A DNA stretch of 64,000 nt, from positions 1,042 through 65,041 of the forward strand of contig JADHXQ010000011.1 of NCBI GenBank assembly GCA_016782885.1, given 5' to 3'. Positions within the stretch are counted from its first letter, which is position 1, and the number at the start of each line of letters is the position of its first letter. Below, piece by piece: positions 29,043 to 39,288 of the stretch. The notes beneath the pieces were generated by a model. It ran no database searches, was not told the origin of the DNA, and was given only the letters and a program-made list of their open reading frames with translations. The position numbers were made by a program, and so were the translations under genes. The stretch comes from Phycisphaerae bacterium (lineage in GTDB: Bacteria > Planctomycetota > Phycisphaerae > SM23-33).

Positions 29043-30077
29043 TTACCTCCCGGGGTTGGATGCAAGGGCAAGAATCTCGGCCGGACTGGCCGTACCGGTC
29101 ATCCGGAGTTTGCGAACGGTTACGCATGCGGCAAGGTTGGCAAGGCGTCCGGCCAGGACGGGCCGGCCCCCACCGCCCAACACGGCCGCCAGTGCGGCAG
29201 TTACGGTGTCCCCGGCTCCGACCGGGTCGATCGGGCCCTCGCTGCGGATACCCGCCTCGACATGCACGCCGCTTGTCTCAGCAACGATCAACCCGTCGGC
29301 GCCGCGAGTTACGAATACCGGGCGACCCGTCCGCTCACACGCCCCGCGGGCCAGCTCGACCGCCTGATCGGCTGGAATCGCCGTCGACAGGTCAACATCC
29401 TCCCCCGCCAGGCAAGCCGCTTCGTGTGAGTTCATCTTCAGGACCCCTCCGCGATAGGCGCCGGGGCGATGGCGAGAGTCTATCACGAACACCTTGTCTG
29501 CATACCGGGCGGCCATCGCATTGAGCTGCCCGATCATCGCCTCAGTCGATACGCCCGCGGGCACCTGCTGGTTCAGAACGATCGCGTCGGATCGCCCCGC
29601 AGCGGCATCCAATGCCCCCGCCAACGCCTCGATCGATTCCAGCGAGGGAACGTTGAAGCCGCCAAAGTCCACGCGGTTCTGCTCCCGGTCATCCAGATGC
29701 GGCTTGGCGAAAACCTGACTCTGCCAGTCTTCCTGGCAGGTGAGCATGTCGGTGATATCGGCACCGATATCTGCCAGCCTCGCAAGCAGTTCCCTGCCGA
29801 AAAGGTCGTCGCCGACCATGCCCACCGCCCGCACCTCGGCCACTCCAAGAGCGAGAAGATTCGCCACCACATTCCCCGCCCCGCCCAGTCCGTAATGCTG
29901 CTTCCGCACGCGCCGCACCGGCAGCGAGGTCTCGACCGAAAGTTCACTCTCGTCGGGATCGACCGCCCAGTAGGCATCGAGTGCAAAATCTCCGAATACG
30001 GTTACGCGCGCCCGTCCTGCGAAATCCAGAGCCCGCCTGGCCCAGTGCCCATCTGTCGTTGTATTATAAGCCTGCAT
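29043..30077 (-). CDS. PfkB-family carbohydrate kinase (HldE/RfaE kinase-domain-like)
   Basis: VFGDFALDAY, LGGAGNVVANL, VTRGADG, DPVGAGDT. Confidence 0.88.
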   Translation of the reverse strand: MQAYNTTTDGHWARRALDFAGRARVTVFGDFALDAYWAVDPDESELSVETSLPVRRVRKQHYGLGGAGNVVANLLALGVAEVRAVGMVGDDLFGRELLARLADIGADITDMLTCQEDWQSQVFAKPHLDDREQNRVDFGGFNVPSLESIEALAGALDAAAGRSDAIVLNQQVPAGVSTEAMIGQLNAMAARYADKVFVIDSRHRPGAYRGGVLKMNSHEAACLAGEDVDLSTAIPADQAVELARGACERTGRPVFVTRGADGLIVAETSGVHVEAGIRSEGPIDPVGAGDTVTAALAAVLGGGGRPVLAGRLANLAACVTVRKLRMTGTASPAEILALASNPGR

Positions 30078-30233
30078 GATTTCACCCGAAGCATCTGACG
30101 GATCATTAACGCCTGCGGGCGATCGAATATCAAGGAATTGCCCGGCCTTATTTTTGCCCGCGGAGATTCTTTCGGGTAAGATGCCTTCAAATTAGATACA
30201 CTAACGCAATACTGACAATTGCGGAGGTCGAAT

Positions 30234-30701
30234 ATGACTGATCGCACGGGCCAAATGGATAAAGACCATCGCGGAAAGCGTTGGCTGCTTTCGGTCTTGC
30301 TGCTCCTGATCATCGTGGGGGTAATAGTCGCATTCTTCTTGTGGCCGGAACCCGGAGACGATAACCGACAAGATGTCGACCGGCAGTCCGGCAGCGAGAC
30401 GCAGCCGGCGGGCGGCGGGGAGAGGTTTGCGTACTCGGACTTCTACCACGCGACCGACGGCACGTGGATCATCAGCGATGACGGGATTCTCGTACTGAAG
30501 GAGCGGAAATTCATCACCGAGTCGGAGATCGACCGGTACTCCGTTCACAGGATCACCGGTCAGGATCGGGTGCGGATTGTCGAGTCCTCTCAGCGTTGGA
30601 AAAAATGCCAGGTCATTCGTGACGGAAAGACAATCGCCGAAGGCTGGATCGACGCGAACTTCGTCCGAAACGTCAAACGCGTCGAAAGGGCTTGGAAATG
30701 A
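30234..30701 (+). CDS. Hypothetical membrane-anchored protein, possible SH3-like C-domain
   Basis: GGAGG RBS, one TM helix, WKKCQV...EGWIDANFV. Confidence 0.65.
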   Translation: MTDRTGQMDKDHRGKRWLLSVLLLLIIVGVIVAFFLWPEPGDDNRQDVDRQSGSETQPAGGGERFAYSDFYHATDGTWIISDDGILVLKERKFITESEIDRYSVHRITGQDRVRIVESSQRWKKCQVIRDGKTIAEGWIDANFVRNVKRVERAWK

Positions 30702-30778
30702 GAAAACAATAGTAGATAATGGCTCGCGATGGGTAAGAGTCATTTGGATAACTTCGGTTAAAGAGGAAGGATATAACG

Positions 30779-32038
30779 ATGGCAGCAGAGCAGGGACAAT
30801 TGACGAGGCGCGGGTTTCTGTCCGCGGCGGCAGCGGCGGTCACACTTCCGCAATTCATTCCAGCCAGCGCCCTGGGCAAAGGCGACAAAGCGGCCCCCAG
30901 CGAACGGATCACTTTCGGCGTGATCGGCCTGGGCGATCGCGGACCGAGACACTGCAAAATGGGCGGAGCCGAAGGGCAACTGGTAGCCGCCTGCGACACG
31001 TGGAAGGACCGCCGCGAAAAAATAGCCGCTCAATATAAAGTTAAACCGTATGCCGATTTCCGCGAGGTGCTGGCTCGCAAGGACGTGGATGCGATCGTGA
31101 TCACCACGCCGGACCACTGGCACGTTCCGTTGGCGATCCTGGCGGCGAAGGCGGGCAAAGACATCTTCTGCGAAAAGGCCCTCGGCATCAGCGTCGAGCA
31201 GGATCTGGCGCTGCGGGCAGTGCTCAAGCGTTACAAGACGGTGTTCCAATACGGTCCCCAGCGGCGAGCGTCCCACAAGTTCCGCCACGCTTGCGAACTG
31301 GCGCGGAACGGGCGCATCGGAGAGATTAAGGAAATTCACATCGTGACGATGACTTTCGGCGCCTGTGCGCCCAAGAAGATCGCAGTCCAGCCACCGCCGG
31401 AGACTCTCGATTACGAAATGTGGATGGGACCATCGCGAAAGGTGCCCTACGTTCCCGGACGCTGCAAATCGCGCGGATGGTACACCATTTACGATCACAG
31501 CATTGGTTGGATCGCCGCATGGGGCTCGCACGTATTGTCCATCGCCCAGTGGGGATACGACATCCACAAAGCCGGCATCACCGAATACCAGGGCACCGGC
31601 GTGATCCCCAACGAAGGGCTCAACGACAACCTGATAAAGTGGGACGTGAAGATGCAGTGCGCAAACGGCGTGAAGATGACGCTGAAGACCGGAGGCAACA
31701 GCGTCAAGTTCGTCGGAACTGAAGGTTCGGTCTGGGCCGCCGACCGCGGACAGGGCTCCGACCCCGAATCGCTCTGGAAAGACGCGATCAAGCCGGGCGA
31801 GAAACGCCTGAAATCCGCCAACCTCGGAACCGACTTCATCAAGTGCGTCAAGACCCGCGCGGCAACCGTCGGCCCGATCGACGACGCGGTATACTCCGAC
31901 ATCATGAGTCACATCGCCGACATCGCCATCCGCCTCAAACGCCCGGTGAAATGGGACCCGGCCAAGGAAGTAATCGTCGGCGACGCGGAGGCAACCAAGA
32001 TGCTCTCCCGCCCGATACGCAGCCCCTGGGAAATCTAG
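30779..32038 (+). CDS. Tat-exported Gfo/Idh/MocA family oxidoreductase
   Basis: TRRGFL, VIGLGDRG, TPDHWH, FCEKAL, YEMWMGP. Confidence 0.93.
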   Translation: MAAEQGQLTRRGFLSAAAAAVTLPQFIPASALGKGDKAAPSERITFGVIGLGDRGPRHCKMGGAEGQLVAACDTWKDRREKIAAQYKVKPYADFREVLARKDVDAIVITTPDHWHVPLAILAAKAGKDIFCEKALGISVEQDLALRAVLKRYKTVFQYGPQRRASHKFRHACELARNGRIGEIKEIHIVTMTFGACAPKKIAVQPPPETLDYEMWMGPSRKVPYVPGRCKSRGWYTIYDHSIGWIAAWGSHVLSIAQWGYDIHKAGITEYQGTGVIPNEGLNDNLIKWDVKMQCANGVKMTLKTGGNSVKFVGTEGSVWAADRGQGSDPESLWKDAIKPGEKRLKSANLGTDFIKCVKTRAATVGPIDDAVYSDIMSHIADIAIRLKRPVKWDPAKEVIVGDAEATKMLSRPIRSPWEI

Positions 32039-32185
32039 CATCGGGATGCGGCGTGTATAGAACCCAAACGATGGGATAATAACGACAGCCCACAGATTGC
32101 AATTGCTATCTGTGGGCTTTGTCTGCAGGTTTGATACTCCGTTTGGATTTGATAACGACGCGCGAAACCGCAAGCGTTAGAATCC

Positions 32186-33103
32186 TCATCCGTTTCCCGA
32201 CCATTCGAAGAAACCGATGGCGTCGAGGTCCTTTCGGAGGTCCGCTTTCGCAGCGTCGTCCAGAACGCCCAGTGGCAGGCGACACCCGCCGACGTCGATA
32301 CCCAGCATGCCCATGACGGCTTTGATGCTCGGGTGCAGATTGTGCGCTATCAACACGCGAACCATCTCCACCGAGCACAATTGCCATTTCCTGGCGGCTT
32401 CGAGGTCGCCGGCCTGAAAAGTATCGATGATCCGCCGGTAGAGCGGCGCGGCGATATTGTACGTGCTTCCGACACCGCAAGTCGCCCCGACCACCAACGC
32501 CGACAACAGCATCTCGTCGCAACCCCAGAGTATGTCGAACCGCCCGCCGTCAAGATTCAGGCAGGCCTGGTACTCGTGGACCTTCAGGTCGGTATACTTC
32601 AGCCCGACGAGGTTCGGTATTGCCCGCCCGCCCCGGTCAAGGAAATCGAGCATGTCAACTTCGCTGCCGGTGAATCGCGGGATGTAGTAATGGTAGAACG
32701 GAAGATCGGGCGCCGACGAGGCAATCCGCGCCATCGCGTCGATGAGTCCGGAGACCGTATCGATCTTGAAATAAGACGGCGCGTTTGCCGACACGGCGTA
32801 TGCTCCGCAGTCGGCGGCATGGGTGGCCAGATCGCACGATTCAGCCAGCGAGTTGCTGCCCACCTGCACGATAACAGGCACTCGCCCCGCGGAGGCAGAT
32901 ACGTACGCTTCAGCCGTCGCCATGCGTTCGGCGGCCCGAAGAGATACACCTTCGCCGGTGCTTCCGACAGCATAAATCGCCGAAATGCCCGAGGCGATGT
33001 GGTGCTCGACGATCTGCGGGACGACACTGAGGTTCAGTTCGCCGTCGGAGTCGAACGGAGTGTGTGCGGCGACTATCAGTCCGGTCAGATGCTTATAAGC
33101 CAT
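32186..33103 (-). CDS. nanA: DHDPS-family aldolase, N-acetylneuraminate lyase-like
   Basis: GSTGEG, YHYYIP, GLKYT Schiff-base Lys, GCDE, VGSTYN. Confidence 0.75.
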   Translation of the reverse strand: MAYKHLTGLIVAAHTPFDSDGELNLSVVPQIVEHHIASGISAIYAVGSTGEGVSLRAAERMATAEAYVSASAGRVPVIVQVGSNSLAESCDLATHAADCGAYAVSANAPSYFKIDTVSGLIDAMARIASSAPDLPFYHYYIPRFTGSEVDMLDFLDRGGRAIPNLVGLKYTDLKVHEYQACLNLDGGRFDILWGCDEMLLSALVVGATCGVGSTYNIAAPLYRRIIDTFQAGDLEAARKWQLCSVEMVRVLIAHNLHPSIKAVMGMLGIDVGGCRLPLGVLDDAAKADLRKDLDAIGFFEWSGNG

Positions 33104-33119
33104 CAGTTCGCTTTCCTTA

Positions 33120-34520
33120 CTAAAGTTTCCACCCGTTCTGGTAGTCGGGCGTTAGAAGCTTGTTGGCGGCGGGTGAGTTTGTGAACTTCATATTGGGTCC
33201 ATCCCATTCCAGGTGCTTACCGGTGAGGACGGCCACACAGCCAAGCAGCACGATTTCGGTAAGCGGGACGGCGCAGTCGGGCCAGTGCTCTGAAGGTTTC
33301 TCCCCGCCGCAGACGGCCTGATACCATTCGCCATAGATTCCGCTGCGGCGTTTGAGAGTTTTGGGCGGAGGCGTGTAGGACTTCATCTTGGAATCGGGCA
33401 GGAGGCGGGGGATACCGCTGGCCCCACCGGCCATCATCACGCCCTTGGCGCCGACGTAGATGATCCCGTCGTTGGGCATCCTCCGCCCGGTCTCGATCTG
33501 CACCGGGCGCGGTGGCATGAGTCCGCCGTCGTACCAGACGATCTTGACCGGGGGCATCTTCTCGCGGGCGGGGAACTCGTACGTGATGATCGACGCCAGA
33601 GGCCAGGACTCGCCCATCATCTTCGTCGACGATGCACTGACGGATGTCGGGTGTCCAAGTTTCAGCGCCCGCCGCGGAGTGTTCCAGTGGTGGCAGCCCA
33701 TGTCGCCCAAGGCGCCCGTACCGAAATCGCACCATCCCCGGAAGTTCCACGGGTGATAGACCGCCGGGTTATACGCGCCGGCCTTGACCTGCGCCATCTC
33801 GAGCGAACCAGCGGGCCACCCCCTGACGAACGGGCGCTTCGGAGCCGGCCCGAGCCACATGTCCCAGTCGAACGTCTTGGGAATGGGGTCGCTGCCCTTG
33901 GGCCTGGCCATCCCGTGAGGCCAGAGCGGGCGGTTGGACCAGATATGCACCTCGGTGACGTCGCCGACGATCCCGTCCCAGATCATCTCGCAGGTGCGGC
34001 AGCCGCTGTCGGTGGAAGCCGGCGCGGCGGTCATCTGGGTCATCACCCCGGCCTTGGCGGCCGCCTCGGCCAGCATCCGCCCCTCGGCGATCGTTCGCGT
34101 CAGCGGTTTTACGGTCAGACAGTGCTTGCCCGCCTTCATCGCCGCCATCGAGACAATCGCATGGGTGTGATCGGGAGTACCGCAGTAAACCGCGTCGATC
34201 TTGTCGCCTTCCTTGGCGAGCATTTCGCGGAAGTCGCGATACTTTCTGGCCTGGGGAAACTTCTTCCAGGTTCGCGAGGCCATCACGTCGTCAACGTCGC
34301 AAAGAGCGGCGACGTGGAAACCGGCGGCGGCGCATTGCTGGATCTGCCCGTGCCCCACGCCGCCGATACCGACGCCTCCGATGTTTGGCTTGTCGCTCGG
34401 GGCGGTCTTGCCCTTCCCGCCGAGCACATGGCTGGGAACGATGGTTATCGTCGCCAGTGCTGCGGCGCCGCCGAGCACCTCTCGACGGGTGATTTTGGAC
34501 GACCGGCTCTTGTTTGCCAT
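33120..34520 (-). CDS. Tat-exported Gfo/Idh/MocA family oxidoreductase
   Basis: TRREVL, GVGIGGVG, TPDHTH, WDMWLGPAP, DFGTGALGDMGCH. Confidence 0.93.
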   Translation of the reverse strand: MANKSRSSKITRREVLGGAAALATITIVPSHVLGGKGKTAPSDKPNIGGVGIGGVGHGQIQQCAAAGFHVAALCDVDDVMASRTWKKFPQARKYRDFREMLAKEGDKIDAVYCGTPDHTHAIVSMAAMKAGKHCLTVKPLTRTIAEGRMLAEAAAKAGVMTQMTAAPASTDSGCRTCEMIWDGIVGDVTEVHIWSNRPLWPHGMARPKGSDPIPKTFDWDMWLGPAPKRPFVRGWPAGSLEMAQVKAGAYNPAVYHPWNFRGWCDFGTGALGDMGCHHWNTPRRALKLGHPTSVSASSTKMMGESWPLASIITYEFPAREKMPPVKIVWYDGGLMPPRPVQIETGRRMPNDGIIYVGAKGVMMAGGASGIPRLLPDSKMKSYTPPPKTLKRRSGIYGEWYQAVCGGEKPSEHWPDCAVPLTEIVLLGCVAVLTGKHLEWDGPNMKFTNSPAANKLLTPDYQNGWKL

Positions 34521-34541
34521 TTGCTTGTCTCCTCTGACGGA

Positions 34542-37500
34542 TTAAGGTTCTATATCGAAGCAGACTAGTGTTCCGTTGCTTTGTGCGACGAAGATTCGCC
34601 CGGACGCCATGGTTAGTCCGTCCCATACCGGCGGCGAATCCAGGAGTTTCTCGCCTCGTATCTTCCCGGTCTTGCGATCGACGATGAGCAGTCTACCGCC
34701 TTTGCGGCCTTCCAGGGCGGTGTAGGGATCCTTCGGGGATATCTCGTCTGGCAGACCGGCCACCAGCAGTGCGTTCGAAGTTAGCAGCATAGCCTGGCCT
34801 CGCACGGGTATTTTGCTCCGCCATTTGAATTTCGGCCTGGTCGTTCGGTAACCGAGATATGAAAACGCGGTCTTCTCGAACTGCGCGAGCGGTTCGCTTT
34901 TTTCCGGTAGTTCGGCTTCCATCAGCAGATATCCGCTTGTGACCTGGAAGGTTGAACTTCGGTGCATGCTGGCGGCCGCCCTGGCGGCGTAGATGCGACG
35001 ATCGTCGTGTACGATATTGCTTCCGGTGATTTTGCAGGCCCCCACGAAAGCCCAACCGAAACGATTGAACATCGAGCCGTCAAGCATTCCACCGGTGGCC
35101 AACAGGAAGGGTCTTTGCGGCGCGGGTGATAAGGGTTTACCGGGAAAGAGCGGTTTGCTCTGCAAATAGACCGTTTTTCCGTCGCTGACCAGGATGTGAT
35201 TGAGCGCTCCGTCAGCATCGTAGACCTGGTCTGAGTGTGGTATTGGCTTGTTGCTGTGCGAAGTGGTGATTCGGCGTTGCTTGCGTATTTCACCAGTGGC
35301 GGGGTCGAGGGCGAATGCGTACATGCCTCCGTCGAGGTACGACGATCGCCCGGCGACGAAGCAAACCAGATCCTCGCAGACCAGAACGCTGCCATGCACC
35401 GGCCAGGACGACTCGATCTGACCGCGGGCGAGTATCAGATTCACCGCCGGTGCAGCGCGGAATCGCCAGGCGAGCTGTCCGTCTTTTGCGCGCAGGCAAT
35501 AGACGTGCCCGTCGGAGGAACCGAAGAGGAGACGGCCTTTGTTGAATGTCGGGGCGCTATCGATCGGCCCGGAGGCGGTGAAACTCCAGATTTCTTTACC
35601 GTCGGCGGCGTTGAGCGCGAGTATTCGATGTGTGTTTTTGCAGTTGACAAACACCGTCCGGCCAACGCAGATCGCCTGGCCGATCGCGTCGTGAAGATCG
35701 ATTTTCCACGCCCTGTTAAGTGCGTCGACCGGTTGTGCGGCGTAGCCTTGCCTGCGAGGGTTTTTGCGGTGCATAGGCCAGTCGTGGGCGCCTGCCGGTG
35801 CGGCTTGGGCTTTTTGATGGGCGGGCCCTTTGGCCAGTCTCGGCGAGGTCTCCGGCGTCAGGTCCGCCCCGGTGGACAGAGCCAGCAGTCCGCCGACCTT
35901 GATGCGAATGTGACACGCGCACGGATCCGGCGGCACATACAGCATCCCGTTGGCCGGAACGATGCCGAATCGGCATTCTCCCCGCAGCCAGTGGTTGACG
36001 GAAATTTCACCGGTTTTCAGATATGCCAGTTCCGTTCCGCGTCGTCCTGAGAGTACGAAACGTTCGGTCGCGTTGTTGCGGTAGCAGCGATGATGATGCC
36101 CGATGTTGAAAATCGTTCGCGTGTCGAGTCGTTTTTCGATCTCACCGGTTTTTGGATTTATCGCCAGCATCGCGTATTTGATGTCATCGGGATTTACCGG
36201 ATCGGCGCCCCTCATTTTGCTCTCGATGTGTTCGTGAGCCCAGAGTTTTCCGCCGATCAGGAATACGTCCGCGTGGATGCCCCATGCGAAGGAGCCTATC
36301 CGGCGGTTGAGCGACCAAAGCGGTTTGCCCGTTTTCGCGTCGCAGGCGTACAGGTCGCATGGAATGGTGTGGAAGGTGTTTCGCAGTTTGCCTACCGGCT
36401 GGGCCACATACAGGCGTTCGTCGTCGGCAAGCACCGTGCAGTTATCGCTCATGTTCACCCCGAGCATCATACGATGCGTGGGATGCTCGCCTCGCGGATG
36501 GGACCACAGGCGTTTACCGTCTTGCAGCGCGTAAGAGACGATTTCGGTTTTTGTAATCGCGAACACATTCTTCGAGCGGACTGTAAGCTCCAGGTGGGTT
36601 CTGGTTCCCACCGCGTCGTAACGCCCGGCAAGTGCGTCAAGCCACGGCGAAGCCCATAGCTTCCGGCCCGACTGCGGATCGATAACCACGATCTTCTTCC
36701 TGAGCCCCGGCGAGGGGGGCTTTTTTCCGCGGGTTGGCCTGATGGGTTGCGCCGCGGGCCTGTCATGAACCGCCAGAATCAGTTTGCCATCGGCCAGGAG
36801 CAGTTCGTCTGCGTAATCAGTTCCCTCCAGGACCTTGATCGCCATTCCGGTCCGCGCATCGAGAACCGAGACCGGGGCGTTGAATCCCATCGTAACGTAG
36901 AGCCTGTCGCCGTCGACAACCATCCGTTTGGGCAGTTGGATCGGCTGGGCGAACCGGACGTTCTGCCTCACGCCCCAACTTTTCCAGCCCCAGTTCTTTA
37001 TGGGCTTCTTCCAGAGCAACAATCCGTTAAACGCGTCCCGTGCGATCAGGGAGAACTTTCCGCCGATGTATGGATGAAATGTGGACGGCGGCGATTCGTC
37101 GACAATCGCAAACAGGCGCCCTCCGCCGCTGACCATGGCGCTGGTGGCTAGAACCTCGTCGTGATGGCGAGAGTGCTTCGGCGCCGCGACCCAGCGAAGA
37201 GCCTCGGGCCGACCGACGCGAGTGTCCTTCGATACGGCGTTACCGTCCGCCGAGTGCAGAAAATGAGTCCACTCGTCCATATCCGCGGGCCACGGCTTGA
37301 CGGTTTTCGCCCATCGCCCGCTTTTCTTGATGCAGACCGCGCCAAGCGGACAAAGCACGCGCATAATCTCGCCGATCGGAACGTTCGCCGATCCGTCGGA
37401 GACCACCAGATTAACCAGATTGTCCGCATACGGAAGGCGTTTGGACGTCCAGTGCATCACCGACACGCGGCCATACAGACCCTTGGCATGGAGATAATCT

Positions 37501-37751
37501 CGCGCCTTGGCGACGTTCGCTTCATCGGCGTCCAAACCGTGAACGAGATATCGATCGCCGGTTTTGAGTTGAGCGGTAAGCGTTCCATCTCCGCAACCCA
37601 AATGAACGATCAGCCCGCCGGGCGTCTTGGCAGCGGCGAGTATGCTCTCGGCATCATCGGCGCCCCGAGCGGGGCGTGCTGACAGCAAAATCGCACTACC
37701 CCAGATAACAACCACCACTAAAACAGCTTTACTAATGCCCGGAAATTTCAT
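34542..37751 (-). CDS. Secreted methyltransferase-fold plus PQQ-like beta-propeller protein (alternative start 37772)
   Basis: VHLGCGDG...LPYADNLVNL N-domain; ARDAFNGLLLW, DWPMHR, GSSDGHVYCLRAKDGQLAWRF, ESSWPVHGS. Confidence 0.85.
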   Translation of the reverse strand: MKFPGISKAVLVVVVIWGSAILLSARPARGADDAESILAAAKTPGGLIVHLGCGDGTLTAQLKTGDRYLVHGLDADEANVAKARDYLHAKGLYGRVSVMHWTSKRLPYADNLVNLVVSDGSANVPIGEIMRVLCPLGAVCIKKSGRWAKTVKPWPADMDEWTHFLHSADGNAVSKDTRVGRPEALRWVAAPKHSRHHDEVLATSAMVSGGGRLFAIVDESPPSTFHPYIGGKFSLIARDAFNGLLLWKKPIKNWGWKSWGVRQNVRFAQPIQLPKRMVVDGDRLYVTMGFNAPVSVLDARTGMAIKVLEGTDYADELLLADGKLILAVHDRPAAQPIRPTRGKKPPSPGLRKKIVVIDPQSGRKLWASPWLDALAGRYDAVGTRTHLELTVRSKNVFAITKTEIVSYALQDGKRLWSHPRGEHPTHRMMLGVNMSDNCTVLADDERLYVAQPVGKLRNTFHTIPCDLYACDAKTGKPLWSLNRRIGSFAWGIHADVFLIGGKLWAHEHIESKMRGADPVNPDDIKYAMLAINPKTGEIEKRLDTRTIFNIGHHHRCYRNNATERFVLSGRRGTELAYLKTGEISVNHWLRGECRFGIVPANGMLYVPPDPCACHIRIKVGGLLALSTGADLTPETSPRLAKGPAHQKAQAAPAGAHDWPMHRKNPRRQGYAAQPVDALNRAWKIDLHDAIGQAICVGRTVFVNCKNTHRILALNAADGKEIWSFTASGPIDSAPTFNKGRLLFGSSDGHVYCLRAKDGQLAWRFRAAPAVNLILARGQIESSWPVHGSVLVCEDLVCFVAGRSSYLDGGMYAFALDPATGEIRKQRRITTSHSNKPIPHSDQVYDADGALNHILVSDGKTVYLQSKPLFPGKPLSPAPQRPFLLATGGMLDGSMFNRFGWAFVGACKITGSNIVHDDRRIYAARAAASMHRSSTFQVTSGYLLMEAELPEKSEPLAQFEKTAFSYLGYRTTRPKFKWRSKIPVRGQAMLLTSNALLVAGLPDEISPKDPYTALEGRKGGRLLIVDRKTGKIRGEKLLDSPPVWDGLTMASGRIFVAQSNGTLVCFDIEP

Positions 37752-38022
37752 AGCAGTGATTGTATCCAACACGCCGTCCCAAACAAGCGTTAAGGGACGC
37801 CGAGTTGCGTTTGGGGCTTACAGCGGCATTCAATTAGCAAATGAGGTGGCGTCCCCAGCCCTCCGGTCGAGCCGGTTGTTTTTCTCCTGCTCGAAATCAT
37901 GACAAAAAAAGTATTCGGATTGGACTCAATTGCCCTGGTTCCGGAGGCTCGGCTTGCAGAACTCCCCCCGGGCTTCTATCATTCGGACTCACCACGTGCG
38001 AACTGACAGCGAGGAAAAACTG

Positions 38023-39183
38023 ATGTTCGACAAAAGCATAGAATTGTTTCCCATAAAGCAAGAGACCGCGTACCTGGCTAATTGCGGTAACGCGCCGCTG
38101 TACAGTCACGGCGCCGACGAGATCGCAGCGTTCTCCAGCGCGCGGACCCTAACCGGCAGCGGGCCCGTGGCGGCCTACGGGCAGATACTCTCTTCGCTCA
38201 AGAGATCGCTGGCCGATCTGACCGGAGCGGAGAGCGAGAATTTCTCGTTCATGAAGAATACGGCTGAGGCGATGAGCCTTATCGCCAACGGATACCCCCT
38301 GTCCGAGGGCGACGAGATAATCAGCTACGTACATGAGTATCCGTCCAATCACTATCCCTGGCTCGTCCAGCAGCGCAGGGGCGCCAGGCTGGTGCTCCTG
38401 GACGATACCGATCCAATCGGCGACCTGGCACCGGGCAGGCCCAGGGGCTGGTCGATGGACGACCTCGAGCGGGCGGCCACCGACCGGACGCGCATCGTGG
38501 CGATAAGCCACGTGCAGTTCACCAGCGGATTCGCCGCGAATCTCGCGGAGGTCGGAGAGTTCTGCGATCAGCGCGGTATCGACCTGGTAGTCGACGTTGC
38601 TCAAAGCCTGGGCGCCCTTCCGGTCCGCCCGGAGGAGTGGCACATATCGGCGATGGCGGGATCGGGCTGGAAGTGGCTGCTCGGACCGGTTGGATCGGGC
38701 ATCATGTACACCTCGCCGGAGTTCCGCGCAAAGCTCGACATGGTCATTACCGGGGCGAATATCGTCGTGCAGGGGACCGACTATCTCGATCACACCTGGA
38801 ACCTTCTCGAAGACGGGCGGAAATTCGAGTACAGCACGGTCCAGTTGAGCTACGCGGCCGCCCTGGGCAGATCCATATCCGAAGTCTTCTGCAAGTACGA
38901 CCCGCAAGACGTGCGCGATGAAATCTTCCGCCTCCAGGACGTCTTCCTCAGCCGCGTCGACACGAAGCGATACCGCCCGGTGCTGTTCGCCCCGGAGCAT
39001 CGCTCGGGCATTCTGGCGATCGTAACCGAAGGCGACCTCTCCGAAATCGTCGCAAAACTCGCAGCCGACGGGATATGCGTCTCGGCCCGCGGGGGGTATC
39101 TGCGCATCGCGCCCCACTTCTACAATGATGACGATGAGATGATCCGAGCGGCCGACGCCTTGGGCTCCCTGCCGCAATCCTGA
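38023..39183 (+). CDS. Class V PLP-dependent aminotransferase-fold enzyme
   Basis: YLANCG, NTAEAM, EYPSN, SHVQF, VDVAQSLG, SGWKWLLGP, RIAPHFYN. Confidence 0.9.
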   Translation: MFDKSIELFPIKQETAYLANCGNAPLYSHGADEIAAFSSARTLTGSGPVAAYGQILSSLKRSLADLTGAESENFSFMKNTAEAMSLIANGYPLSEGDEIISYVHEYPSNHYPWLVQQRRGARLVLLDDTDPIGDLAPGRPRGWSMDDLERAATDRTRIVAISHVQFTSGFAANLAEVGEFCDQRGIDLVVDVAQSLGALPVRPEEWHISAMAGSGWKWLLGPVGSGIMYTSPEFRAKLDMVITGANIVVQGTDYLDHTWNLLEDGRKFEYSTVQLSYAAALGRSISEVFCKYDPQDVRDEIFRLQDVFLSRVDTKRYRPVLFAPEHRSGILAIVTEGDLSEIVAKLAADGICVSARGGYLRIAPHFYNDDDEMIRAADALGSLPQS

Positions 39184-39288
39184 TATACTCCAGCAACCGA
39201 CCGCAACGATTCATCATCCGGGTTTCTCACGATTCTTGCGAGAAAACAGCCGACGATGCGTTATAAGTGGTGTCTGGAAGTGCGTTTT

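Noticed and set aside
38023-39183. Cysteine desulfurase (IscS/SufS) call
   Set aside because: No catalytic Cys loop (SACxS or RxGxHC) in the C-terminal region; only the class V fold is supported
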